This document shows positions 31,105 through 39,054 of a stretch of DNA of 39,054 bases, in pieces. The translations under genes and the position numbers were made by a program. The notes beneath the pieces were generated by a model that saw nothing but the letters and a program-made list of their open reading frames with translations, did no database searches and was not told the origin of the DNA. The DNA is taken from contig JAUZQU010000134.1 of the NCBI GenBank assembly GCA_030950835.1, positions 1-39,054 on the forward strand. Direction: 5' to 3'. Position 1 is the stretch's first letter; the number at the start of each line of letters is the position of its first letter. This DNA is from Mariprofundaceae bacterium (GTDB lineage: Bacteria > Pseudomonadota > Zetaproteobacteria > Mariprofundales > Mariprofundaceae).

Positions 31105-33207
31105 TTGTCTAGAAAAAAAGGAAAGGTTGCAAACAGCCACAAAGATTCAGCCCCACAAAAAAGCACCCGCAATCCATATGCAAATGCGGAAAATACAGCA
31201 AGCAAACAATCACCTTGGCCTTCTGCTCCACCAGAGCGTAAAAAAGCCAACTTAAAATCAGAGCAACCAAGTCATGAAGGCAATCGTGGTGGGCGCAGCC
31301 GTGATTCAAAAAAACCGCAAGTCGATGATAAAGTCTGGACAGGCATCGTTTCCGCGCATCCTGATGGTTTTGGTTTTGTAAATGTACAAGGGCGTGAAGA
31401 AGACGTTTTTCTTTCCGTCGATGAAATGCGTGATGTGATGCATGGCGACCAAGTTGAAGTACAAACCTTCCAACGCCGTGGTCGTGAAGCAGGGAAATTG
31501 TTGCGCATTGTCAAGATGGCAGCGAGCATCATTACCGCAGAATTCAAGATTGAACATGGGCTTGGTTTTGCCCATCCACGTTCTAAACGTATGCCCCAAT
31601 CCATATTGATTCCACGCGAACACAGCGCAGAAGCGAAACATGAAGACTGGGTTCGCGTCGATATTGAGCGCGGCAGCAACCCTTTACGCGGCAAAATTAT
31701 CGAAGTCTTGGGTGATGATTTAACACCCAAAAAGTTGGTCGATTTGATTATTGCCGAACAAGCTTTATCCGAATCTTTCCCACCAGCAGTGTTGTTAGAG
31801 TCTGAAGCTATTCCTGAGCGTATTCGGGTTAAAGAGAAAAAAGACAGATTAGATTTAACCCACTTGCCCTTTGTCACCATTGATGGCGAAGATGCGCGTG
31901 ATTTTGATGATGCGATTTGTGTGCAGCCGCGTGGTGAAGGTTTTGAAGCTTGGGTTGCCATTGCTGATGTTGCCCATTATGTGCCTGTGGATTCGGCTTT
32001 GGATGTGGAAGCGCAAACAAGGGGCAACTCTTTTTATTTCCCAGACAGGGTCATTCCCATGTTGCCTGAAAAATTATCCAATGGTTTATGCTCCTTAAAT
32101 CCTGATGTACCACGCCTTGCTATGGTTGTGCGTATGCGTTTTGATGCAGGCGGCAAACGACGTTCCTCGCATGTGTATAATGGATTGATTCATTCGCAAG
32201 CCCGTTTGACCTACGAACAAGCCGCCAGTTGGTTAGAGCAAGGGGATACCTCCAGCGTTGCCTTAGAACATGTGCGTGAGATGTTGATATGTGCTTTGGG
32301 TTTATACCATGTGTTAGAGCGCAATCGCGGTAAACGTGGTGCCTTGGAAATTGAATTACCTGAAGTACGCGCCGTGATTGAAGGTGATGCTGTATGCAAT
32401 ATTGAATCACGCGAGCGTAATGTTGCCCACAAATTGATTGAAGAAATGATGTTGGCAGCCAATACTGCTGTTGCCAAGTTCATTGAAGATAAGAAGTGTA
32501 CGCAACTCTACCGCATCCACCCTGCGCCAGAGCGTGACTCCATTGAAAAGTTAAACGCTTTCCTCAGCACCTTTGGTTTGAAGATTCGTCAACATGCGCG
32601 TGATGATGTGCGTCCGCAAGATGTACAACAAGTGCTTGCTGCTGCCGAGGGCAAACCCTTTGCTCACATCTTGCAACGTTTGGTCTTGCGCTCCATGCAA
32701 CAAGCCAAATATACCACTGAAAATGTAGGGCATTTTGGTTTAGCTTATGATTGTTATGGTCATTTCACCAGCCCTATTCGTCGTTATGCCGATTTAACCA
32801 CCCACAGACAACTCAAGGGCATTCTCGCCGAAGAAAAGATTAAAAAACAAGACTTAGAAAGCATAGGCGCACATATTTCCAGCCAAGAGCGCATACAACA
32901 ACGCGCCGAATGGGATACCCAAGCCATGTTAGCAGCGTTGTATCATCAGCAAGACGTGGGTAAAGTTTTGCAGGCGACGGTATCAGGGGTAAGCAAGCGG
33001 CGTGTCTTTTTCACCCTCAGCAGCAGCCAAGCCGAAGCTGCGCTCAACATCGATACTTTAGGCAAAGTATTCACTTTGGATGAAGTCCACCACCGTTTGC
33101 ATGACAAGAGCGGCAGTTTAAGCTTGGGTCTGGGTGACACCTTCGATATCGAAATCACCTCAACCGACCCAGTGCGTGGTTTAATCAATATTGTCTTGGC
33201 GGTGTAG
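31105..33207 (+). CDS. rnr: Ribonuclease R (RNB family)
   Basis: Cold-shock domain AHPDGFGF...MHGD, catalytic TIDGEDARDFDDA, VAIADV, PMLPEKLSNGLCSLNP, HFTSPIRRYADL, divergent C-terminal S1. TTG start with GGAG RBS. Confidence 0.92.
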   Translation: MSRKKGKVANSHKDSAPQKSTRNPYANAENTASKQSPWPSAPPERKKANLKSEQPSHEGNRGGRSRDSKKPQVDDKVWTGIVSAHPDGFGFVNVQGREEDVFLSVDEMRDVMHGDQVEVQTFQRRGREAGKLLRIVKMAASIITAEFKIEHGLGFAHPRSKRMPQSILIPREHSAEAKHEDWVRVDIERGSNPLRGKIIEVLGDDLTPKKLVDLIIAEQALSESFPPAVLLESEAIPERIRVKEKKDRLDLTHLPFVTIDGEDARDFDDAICVQPRGEGFEAWVAIADVAHYVPVDSALDVEAQTRGNSFYFPDRVIPMLPEKLSNGLCSLNPDVPRLAMVVRMRFDAGGKRRSSHVYNGLIHSQARLTYEQAASWLEQGDTSSVALEHVREMLICALGLYHVLERNRGKRGALEIELPEVRAVIEGDAVCNIESRERNVAHKLIEEMMLAANTAVAKFIEDKKCTQLYRIHPAPERDSIEKLNAFLSTFGLKIRQHARDDVRPQDVQQVLAAAEGKPFAHILQRLVLRSMQQAKYTTENVGHFGLAYDCYGHFTSPIRRYADLTTHRQLKGILAEEKIKKQDLESIGAHISSQERIQQRAEWDTQAMLAALYHQQDVGKVLQATVSGVSKRRVFFTLSSSQAEAALNIDTLGKVFTLDEVHHRLHDKSGSLSLGLGDTFDIEITSTDPVRGLINIVLAV

Positions 33208-33250
33208 CTCAGCAGACAGTATCTGATTGGAGCCATCGAAATGAAGGTTA

Positions 33251-33296
33251 TTGATATTGCCTAAAACAACATCTTCGCTTTTTTAGGCAATATCAA
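33251..33296. repeat. 16-bp perfect inverted repeat between convergent rnr and cca
   Basis: TTGATATTGCCTAAAA (33251-66), 14-nt loop, TTTTAGGCAATATCAA (33281-96). Confidence 0.8.
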
Positions 33297-33326
33297 GCAA
33301 ACCTGCGCAGGGGTGGCGCATGCACA

Positions 33327-34712
33327 TCAATCCAACGCTGTATATCGCTGCAACCACAACAAAGCCGATGATTCATCATATATCTCATCATCCAACTGCG
33401 CTTGATAGGCTGCATTTAATATGTGTTTAAAATCTGCGCAGGGTGTCAGCCCAGCATCAATCAACATTTTACCCGTGAGCAAGGCTGGAGATTGTCGCTG
33501 TTGAATCTTTAAGCTTATTGCCTTGTCTAACCATGGCAACGCAGGTCTTGAAGCTGGTGCAGGGGTACGTCCTGAAGCGTCTGCTTCGGTCAATACTTCC
33601 CAAAGTTCGATGCTGGCAGGTTGTAAGCGGTGCGCCAAACGTGATACCGCGCGTTTGCTGGCTTTGCCGTGTAAATGGGTGATATGTTCTTGGACTAAGG
33701 GTAAAAGTATGGTTTTGAAGCTTTTAGGCGCTGCAATACGGCGTAACAATGATGTGGCAGGTGTTTTGCCTGCCATAGCGTGGGCTGGTGAGCATATTTT
33801 TCCTTCTGCATTGCTCAAGGTGGTCGATGGTTTACCTAAATCATGGCATAAGGCGGCAAAAACAAGCTGAATTTGCTGCTCTTGGCTTAAATCCCGTTGC
33901 CCTTTCAACTTGGCTGCGGCATCCACCACCAAACAAGTATGCACCCAAACATCACCTTCGGGATGCCAATAATCATCTTGTGGACAGCCCATTAAAGCTG
34001 TCAATTCGGGATATAAACTCAACCAAGTCGAATCTTTTAACGCTTGTAAACCATACGATGGTGTGTCTGCTTTTGCCCATTTTAGCCATTCTTGCCAAAT
34101 GCGCGATGCAGGCAAGCTGCTGGCTTCAGATAACAAAGATGCACACATCTTACGCGTTTCTTGGCTCAAAGTAAGTTGGAAACGCGCTGCAAACTGCATG
34201 GCGCGTAATGGGCGAAGCGGGTCTTCAACAAAGGCTGGAGAGACATGGCGCAAGGTTTTTTGTTTCAAATCTTCAAGCCCATGATGAAAATCGAGCAACT
34301 GTTGCTCAAGCGGATTCACCATCAAGGCATTGATGCTGAAATCTCGGCGTAAAGAGGCTTGTTCGGGGCTAATCCAAGGGTCAGGTGTTACGGCAAAAGC
34401 ACAATGTCCTACACCTGTTTTCTTTTCCGTACGTGGCAAGGCAACATCCACCTCTAAACCCTTTAACCATAGCTTACAAACACCGAAATGTTTGCCTACA
34501 TGTTCTACATGCCCCAAATTACTTAGCGTTGACCACAGTTTTTCAGGCTCAAGTTGATACACTTCCACATCCCAATCGTGTGGTGTTAAACCAAGGGTTA
34601 AATCACGCACACATCCGCCCACCAACCAAGCCTCACCGCCTGCTTGAGCAATGCTTTGACACATCTGAACCAGTGTTGTGGGGATACGTTGAAAATCAAA
34701 TGAAGCGGACAT
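33327..34712 (-). CDS. cca: tRNA nucleotidyltransferase (CCA-adding, class II) with HD domain
   Basis: VGGCVRD...DWDVE, RTE loop, RRDFSINAL, EDPLR, HPEGDVWVHT and HDLGKP (HD domain). Confidence 0.9.
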   Translation of the reverse strand: MSASFDFQRIPTTLVQMCQSIAQAGGEAWLVGGCVRDLTLGLTPHDWDVEVYQLEPEKLWSTLSNLGHVEHVGKHFGVCKLWLKGLEVDVALPRTEKKTGVGHCAFAVTPDPWISPEQASLRRDFSINALMVNPLEQQLLDFHHGLEDLKQKTLRHVSPAFVEDPLRPLRAMQFAARFQLTLSQETRKMCASLLSEASSLPASRIWQEWLKWAKADTPSYGLQALKDSTWLSLYPELTALMGCPQDDYWHPEGDVWVHTCLVVDAAAKLKGQRDLSQEQQIQLVFAALCHDLGKPSTTLSNAEGKICSPAHAMAGKTPATSLLRRIAAPKSFKTILLPLVQEHITHLHGKASKRAVSRLAHRLQPASIELWEVLTEADASGRTPAPASRPALPWLDKAISLKIQQRQSPALLTGKMLIDAGLTPCADFKHILNAAYQAQLDDEIYDESSALLWLQRYTALD

Positions 34713-34738
34713 ATGCCCAACTTAACAAGCTCTTGCCC

Positions 34739-37621
34739 TTAAAACAACTCTACATCATCATCCATACCAATCGTAATCAGCTCGACAATATCATCACGTC
34801 TATCCAACCATGAACGCCGAGAAACGGGATTGCCAAAGGGGTTGATGATGATTTGGTTTTGCCGTACACATGAAAAGTCTTCATGATGCGGAAATAGCAT
34901 ATGTACTGCAGTTTGCACGGGGTCTTTCCATTCAAATGCCGAGTTGAGCCTGAAACCTATCCATAAATAACCCTGCTCTAACAACATCGCAAACAAATCA
35001 TCCGCAGATTCAGGTAATGCTTGATGCACTTTCAATATCTTGATGTTCATTTGGTCACTATCACCAAAATCAATCATCAACTGATCCAAAGCATGGCGTA
35101 ATGCACGGTTAATTTTATACATACTCTCACTTTCCGAGGTATACATATTAAAGCTGGTATGCGCCACATAAGCACCATAAAACTCGTTGGGGACAGTCAT
35201 ATGTACTTCCGTCTTCAAGACATCATGCTCCAACTCTTGTTGCAACAAACGTACTTGCGAACGCTCCTCTAAAACAGGGAATACTTGCGGACGTTTGTCT
35301 GCATCTTCCACAATAGTGATGATATGCGATAATGTGGTCGCGATGACGGCATAAGCATCTTCTTCCATGTGTAAAGGTCGGGATAAAATCACCCTGTCAC
35401 ACTCATTCAAATAGGGTGCTAAGGCATTCATATCTGAGAAGTCCCAACGTTGAATACGGATGGTCACCAACTCATCCAAACCTGGTTCTTCGGCAAGCCT
35501 TCGTTGCAGGTAGTTTTGTTGGCTAAGCACCTCGCTGTCCGGCAAATCATCCAAAATAGTCAGGGTCATCTCATGGTAAAAACGCAAAAGCCGTTTGAGC
35601 AATAAAGGTAAACTTCCTACCCAACCTATCACCAGCAAGTTCAAGGTGTCCGCAGCTTCTACTTCCACCAAACCATGGCTCGACAAAGAACCTGATGCAT
35701 TGGCTGGTGTAGGTGGTGTTTGATGGTTCAGCATAGTCATGATTTCACCATGAAGTTGGTGTTGATCCACCGCAATACCAATCACACCTTGTAGCTGTAC
35801 TTCTGCTTTGAAAATATCATCCAAACCATACACAGGTTTTGTTTTTCCCTGTTCATCCACAATGCCAATGAAAGTGACACCTTTGCTGAATAACGCACAT
35901 GTCAGCTGCTGAATATTCATTTGTTGTTTCAAATCAGGGCTGGTTAACATCCATTGTTCATCTTCACCACGCACCAACTTACCTGACCACTCTGAAATCA
36001 CCATCGCAGACTCTTCTGGTCTGTCTGGAATCATTAAACGGTTCATGATTTGATCAAAGTCGCTGAAACGTAAAATATTACACAGTGCATTGGCCCTGAA
36101 ATCGGCTTCTGAAATGATGACCGTAGGAAAATTGAACCGTTTGGACTTGTCCCAGCCCACCTGCAACATATGCTCATGTTGTTCCAAATGTGGAGCAGCC
36201 ATGCCTGGTATCGCATAACTCAAATACAGTTCGGGGTTCACTTTACGAATCGCCAACAGACTAAAAAAGGCATGTGCCAAGGATTTAGCACCATTCGCAG
36301 GAGGCATCATAACCAAACCTTGTTGGGCAGCAGCTAAGTTGACGCGCCGCAAATCTTCCAGCCTCTCAAAGCTACCTTGACGATAAGTCAGCCATTTTTC
36401 ATCAATCACTTCAGCTGGTGTTTCATCCGCATTATGCAATAAAACCAATTTTAATCGGGTAAATGAACGGTCTGAAATCGTTTTTAGCTGTCGAATGATA
36501 AAAGGCGCAGCCGAAGACCAACCCAACATCACCATATGGTTGGTCATCACCAAACGTTCATTACGCAATTTAATCATCAAACCAGAAACAATGTTGGCAC
36601 CAATACCAATGAAAAATGCAAAGACAAATACGCCAATAATGACCGCTACAATGGAGAATACAGTTAAACCAAAGCTTTGAGGGAACAACACCGCATTGCC
36701 AGGGTCGGTAAACAGGCGAAACGCAAACCAAATCGGCGCTAAGATTTCACCATCTTGAGCGTTGATGATTTTATCTTGGGTAAAATCAAATTCACCCAAA
36801 AATAAATGCGCCAAAACACCGCCGCCAATGGATAATACCGCCAAAATTAACACAATCAGGTTGATTTCCTGAAAGAACTGACCCTCACGCATCACATCAC
36901 GCAAGTTACGAATAATCACCATCCACGGTCTGAACAGGCGAATCAAACGCAACATCCTTAAAATACTACCAATATTGGTATTACCAAAAATCGGAACCAT
37001 GGCAATAGTAGCTATAAGGTCTAACCACCAAAAAAACCATTCAGAGATACGTTCGCTATCGGTTTCGTAGGCCATGTTTTTCATCACCAAGTAACGTAAA
37101 CACAATTCCACCAAGAAAAAGATGATAATAACCCATAACAAAGTATCGGTAGCGAAAAATGAAATCAGAATGACCAGAGAGATAAACATGCCATAAGTGG
37201 GTGAATACATGGCACTTTGCAAATCAAGATAACGGAAAACACGCAAGGTGCGCAACAAATAAACCGCCCTTAACATACGCACTGCAGCGGCATTTTCAGC
37301 CATGAAAGGCATGTCAAAAATGGTAATCAATAATGAGGCAACACCAATGATGTCCAAGACCAATAACAATATATCTACCCGCTGATTCAACGAGGAGCGG
37401 TAAGGCGCGGTAATGGCTTTACGGCGCATAATCAAGAAACGCAAACTGATTTCGGCAAAGAAAATTACAAATAAAATCGAAGCCAAAACCCTGTCATGGG
37501 TAAACGACAAAGCAATCAAAGCAATCATACAAAAACCAAATCTAGGATGTGCCAACATCCATTCTAAGTGATGGTATAATAAAGACTTATCCTGGAATAC
37601 AGTTTTCAAATTATGCAGCAT
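34739..37621 (-). CDS. Putative cation channel: two tandem voltage-sensor-like domains, CASTOR/POLLUX-like pore, RCK domains
   Basis: Two S4-like arginine ladders (RMLRAVYLLRTLRVFR; RMLRLIRLFR), each preceded by FxxExxxR and LD helices. Pore WFAFRLFTDPGN. Rossmann-like RCK starts NHMVMLGWS and NLLVIGW. AAGGGAG RBS. Confidence 0.8.
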   Translation of the reverse strand: MLHNLKTVFQDKSLLYHHLEWMLAHPRFGFCMIALIALSFTHDRVLASILFVIFFAEISLRFLIMRRKAITAPYRSSLNQRVDILLLVLDIIGVASLLITIFDMPFMAENAAAVRMLRAVYLLRTLRVFRYLDLQSAMYSPTYGMFISLVILISFFATDTLLWVIIIFFLVELCLRYLVMKNMAYETDSERISEWFFWWLDLIATIAMVPIFGNTNIGSILRMLRLIRLFRPWMVIIRNLRDVMREGQFFQEINLIVLILAVLSIGGGVLAHLFLGEFDFTQDKIINAQDGEILAPIWFAFRLFTDPGNAVLFPQSFGLTVFSIVAVIIGVFVFAFFIGIGANIVSGLMIKLRNERLVMTNHMVMLGWSSAAPFIIRQLKTISDRSFTRLKLVLLHNADETPAEVIDEKWLTYRQGSFERLEDLRRVNLAAAQQGLVMMPPANGAKSLAHAFFSLLAIRKVNPELYLSYAIPGMAAPHLEQHEHMLQVGWDKSKRFNFPTVIISEADFRANALCNILRFSDFDQIMNRLMIPDRPEESAMVISEWSGKLVRGEDEQWMLTSPDLKQQMNIQQLTCALFSKGVTFIGIVDEQGKTKPVYGLDDIFKAEVQLQGVIGIAVDQHQLHGEIMTMLNHQTPPTPANASGSLSSHGLVEVEAADTLNLLVIGWVGSLPLLLKRLLRFYHEMTLTILDDLPDSEVLSQQNYLQRRLAEEPGLDELVTIRIQRWDFSDMNALAPYLNECDRVILSRPLHMEEDAYAVIATTLSHIITIVEDADKRPQVFPVLEERSQVRLLQQELEHDVLKTEVHMTVPNEFYGAYVAHTSFNMYTSESESMYKINRALRHALDQLMIDFGDSDQMNIKILKVHQALPESADDLFAMLLEQGYLWIGFRLNSAFEWKDPVQTAVHMLFPHHEDFSCVRQNQIIINPFGNPVSRRSWLDRRDDIVELITIGMDDDVELF

Positions 37622-37639
37622 CTAGGGGCTCCCTTTCCA

Positions 37640-37984
37640 TCAAGAAACTTGCACACATTGATACACGCAAATGCCTATCCATGCTTTCTCCCCATTTTGT
37701 GCATCTTGAGCGCAGGCCACAAAACCCCGACCACTCAGCGTATTTTGATAGGCGAGGGTGAAGTCATCCAACAACTGAAATTTCATTTCTTGACCAATAT
37801 AAGAATGATCAAAATGTGTCGTGAAAAAACTGATGCCGCCATCCGAGAAATCGCGTAATTCCGTAGACTCATAATTCAAATCATCATTTTTGGCATACGC
37901 ATAGATTTCAACTGCCAACGTAGCAGCTTTCCTAGGGTGATTTCGTCTATCATGGTTAGTGTCTTGTGTTTGTAGGGCTGTCAT
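37640..37984 (-). CDS. Stand-alone PilZ domain protein (c-di-GMP receptor)
   Basis: DRRNHPR (RxxxR) and DFSDGG (DxSxxG) motifs. Start placed at ATG 37984. Confidence 0.82.
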   Translation of the reverse strand: MTALQTQDTNHDRRNHPRKAATLAVEIYAYAKNDDLNYESTELRDFSDGGISFFTTHFDHSYIGQEMKFQLLDDFTLAYQNTLSGRGFVACAQDAQNGEKAWIGICVYQCVQVS

Positions 37985-38349
37985 AACCCATAGTGAAAGC
38001 AAAGCACTTGCCAACTTTAATGGCTAAGACTTCTGCGGCAAATACCTTCTTTTTATGGCTCTTACCAATTCCAAGTGGGTAAACAAAATTTGTTTACCCT
38101 AGAAAAGTCGAGTTTTCCGCCAACAAAAACCAAATAAGGAAAATACTTTGTAATATCATACGCAGCATAGCCTGCTCATGCTCACTATCTTCGCGCTGTT
38201 CTAGCCTTTTCGCCATGCCATGAAGTAAGGTCATGCTTTCAGCCTGTCTATCACAAATATACCATGAGCTAGGCATAGTATGGGTTCAACATTGCCTGCG
38301 TGTATCAACATGGGTGAATAATAAGCATTTTTCAGATTGGCTAAGCAAG

Positions 38350-38383
38350 AAAAAAGCCTGCAAACACTAGGTTTACAGGCTTT
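38350..38383 (-). terminator. Intrinsic terminator downstream of tRNA-Leu
   Basis: Minus strand AAAGCCTGTAAAC-ctagt-GTTTGCAGGCTTT running into a T-tract. Confidence 0.75.
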
Positions 38384-38407
38384 ATAAGTCCTTAATGGAC
38401 TATGATG

Positions 38408-38494
38408 TGGTACCGAGGGCCGGAGTCGAACCGGCACGGCCGCAAAGCCACTGGATTTTGAATCCAGCGTGTCTACCAGTTTCACCACCCCGGC
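38408..38494 (-). tRNA. tRNA-Leu(CAA)
   Basis: GCCGGGGTGGTGAAACTGGTAGACACGCTGGATTCAAAATCCAGTGGCTTTGCGGCCGTGCCGGTTCGACTCCGGCCCTCGGTACCA. Anticodon stem CTGGA/TCCAG, loop TTCAAAA, long variable arm, GTTCGA T-loop, encoded CCA. Confidence 0.97.
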
Positions 38495-38519
38495 ATTTTT
38501 AGAACAGCATAGGTAAGAC

Positions 38520-38555
38520 GGCGCGAAGTGTTGCGAGCGTTTGGGAAAGTGTCAA
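38520..38555 (-). promoter_or_regulatory. Stable-RNA-type sigma70 promoter for tRNA-Leu
   Basis: TTGACA (38555-50), 17-nt spacer, AACACT, then GC-rich discriminator TCGCGCC. AT-rich tract further upstream. Confidence 0.65.
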
Positions 38556-38578
38556 GCGCCGAAATTATTCCTTACTTT

Positions 38579-38977
38579 TCAATGCGTAAATGAGAAAAAT
38601 AAACGTTGCTCATCCATTGTTTTGATTTGTAGCATCAACGTGTTACTTCGCTGCTGAGAGAAGCGTAGTTGACGACTCATCAAGTAATCACCCTGCTTAC
38701 GCATCATGAATTTCTTACCTGAGGACATCTGTAATAATGAGGCCGATGTAAGGTCATCAAGTGAATGCGGTGGCAGCAGTAAGAGCCGCACTTCATGACT
38801 ATGGGTATCTTGTTCAGGGAAGATTTGTAGCTCTACTGTCCAACCTTGAGAAGTGGCCAGATAACTTTGTGCTAAACTTCGTTGCAAGGCAAAGTCGCGC
38901 TTGCTCTGCTGCTCTATGTGTAAAACACGTTGTGACTCACGTTTTGCGGCTTCTTTTTCAAGGTCTTCATGCGCCAT
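38579..38977 (-). CDS. Hypothetical protein, possibly N-terminally truncated
   Basis: 132-aa ORF with protein-like composition, no recognised motif and no clear RBS. Confidence 0.5.
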   Translation of the reverse strand: MAHEDLEKEAAKRESQRVLHIEQQSKRDFALQRSLAQSYLATSQGWTVELQIFPEQDTHSHEVRLLLLPPHSLDDLTSASLLQMSSGKKFMMRKQGDYLMSRQLRFSQQRSNTLMLQIKTMDEQRLFFSFTH

Positions 38978-39054
38978 TCACAATTATTACATCAGGGTTT
39001 AGTTGTTTTAAAGTTTGCAAGCATACATCAGAATTTACAGAAGTTACACGTATT
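38967..39054 (-). pseudogene. 3' end of a reading frame resembling a truncated formyltransferase-family domain
   Basis: Minus frame from the window edge reads IRVTSVNSDVCLQTLKQLNPDVIIVNGA*. This resembles the SVN...L..L.PDVIIV.G segment of Formyl_trans_N proteins, which normally continue well past this point. Confidence 0.45.

Noticed and set aside
31105-34712. rnr and cca as a dedicated tRNA quality-control module
   Set aside because: They are convergent, separately transcribed housekeeping genes; adjacency alone is not evidence.
38094-38276. 60-aa minus-strand ORF between the tRNA and PilZ
   Set aside because: No motif or convincing RBS. It cannot be supported, though a small protein is not excluded.
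38340-38410. tRNA-Leu 3' end as an integration site
   Set aside because: No integrase and no duplicated tRNA 3' end seen in the window. The hairpin is explained as a terminator.
38231-38488. 85-aa ORF MVKLVDTLDSKSSG…
   Set aside because: It is a translation of the tRNA-Leu gene and its terminator.
1-39054. CRISPR arrays, IS elements, prophage or defence genes
   Set aside because: No repeat-spacer periodicity and no transposase, integrase or phage motifs seen.

Overview
A 39 kb chromosomal window with no mobile element, phage or CRISPR array. It comes from a Gram-negative proteobacterium; gene content and protein style suggest a Zetaproteobacteria-like marine microaerophile, which is inference only. 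Most of it is housekeeping: gatAB, an AsmA-like protein, tatABC, lipB-sucA-sucB, an RpoS-like sigma with apt, hppA-folK-deoxynucleoside kinase, an ArsS-like radical SAM, zapB-zapA-6S RNA-ygfA-ymdB, dnaG-rpoD, rnr, cca and tRNA-Leu(CAA). The strongest candidate for an undescribed system is a 960-aa ion channel. It has two tandem voltage-sensor-like domains, a CASTOR/POLLUX-type pore (TDPGN) and RCK domains, and it lies 18 nt downstream of a stand-alone PilZ (c-di-GMP receptor) gene. Other notable features are a three-gene c-type cytochrome module (membrane monoheme, periplasmic monoheme, triheme) and a heme-c chemoreceptor plus diguanylate cyclase sitting directly ahead of dnaG-rpoD. The 2-oxoglutarate dehydrogenase appears to lack both usual docking modules, and there is a probable gene-fusion or deletion scar at the right edge. 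All calls are motif recognition by eye; no database search was run.
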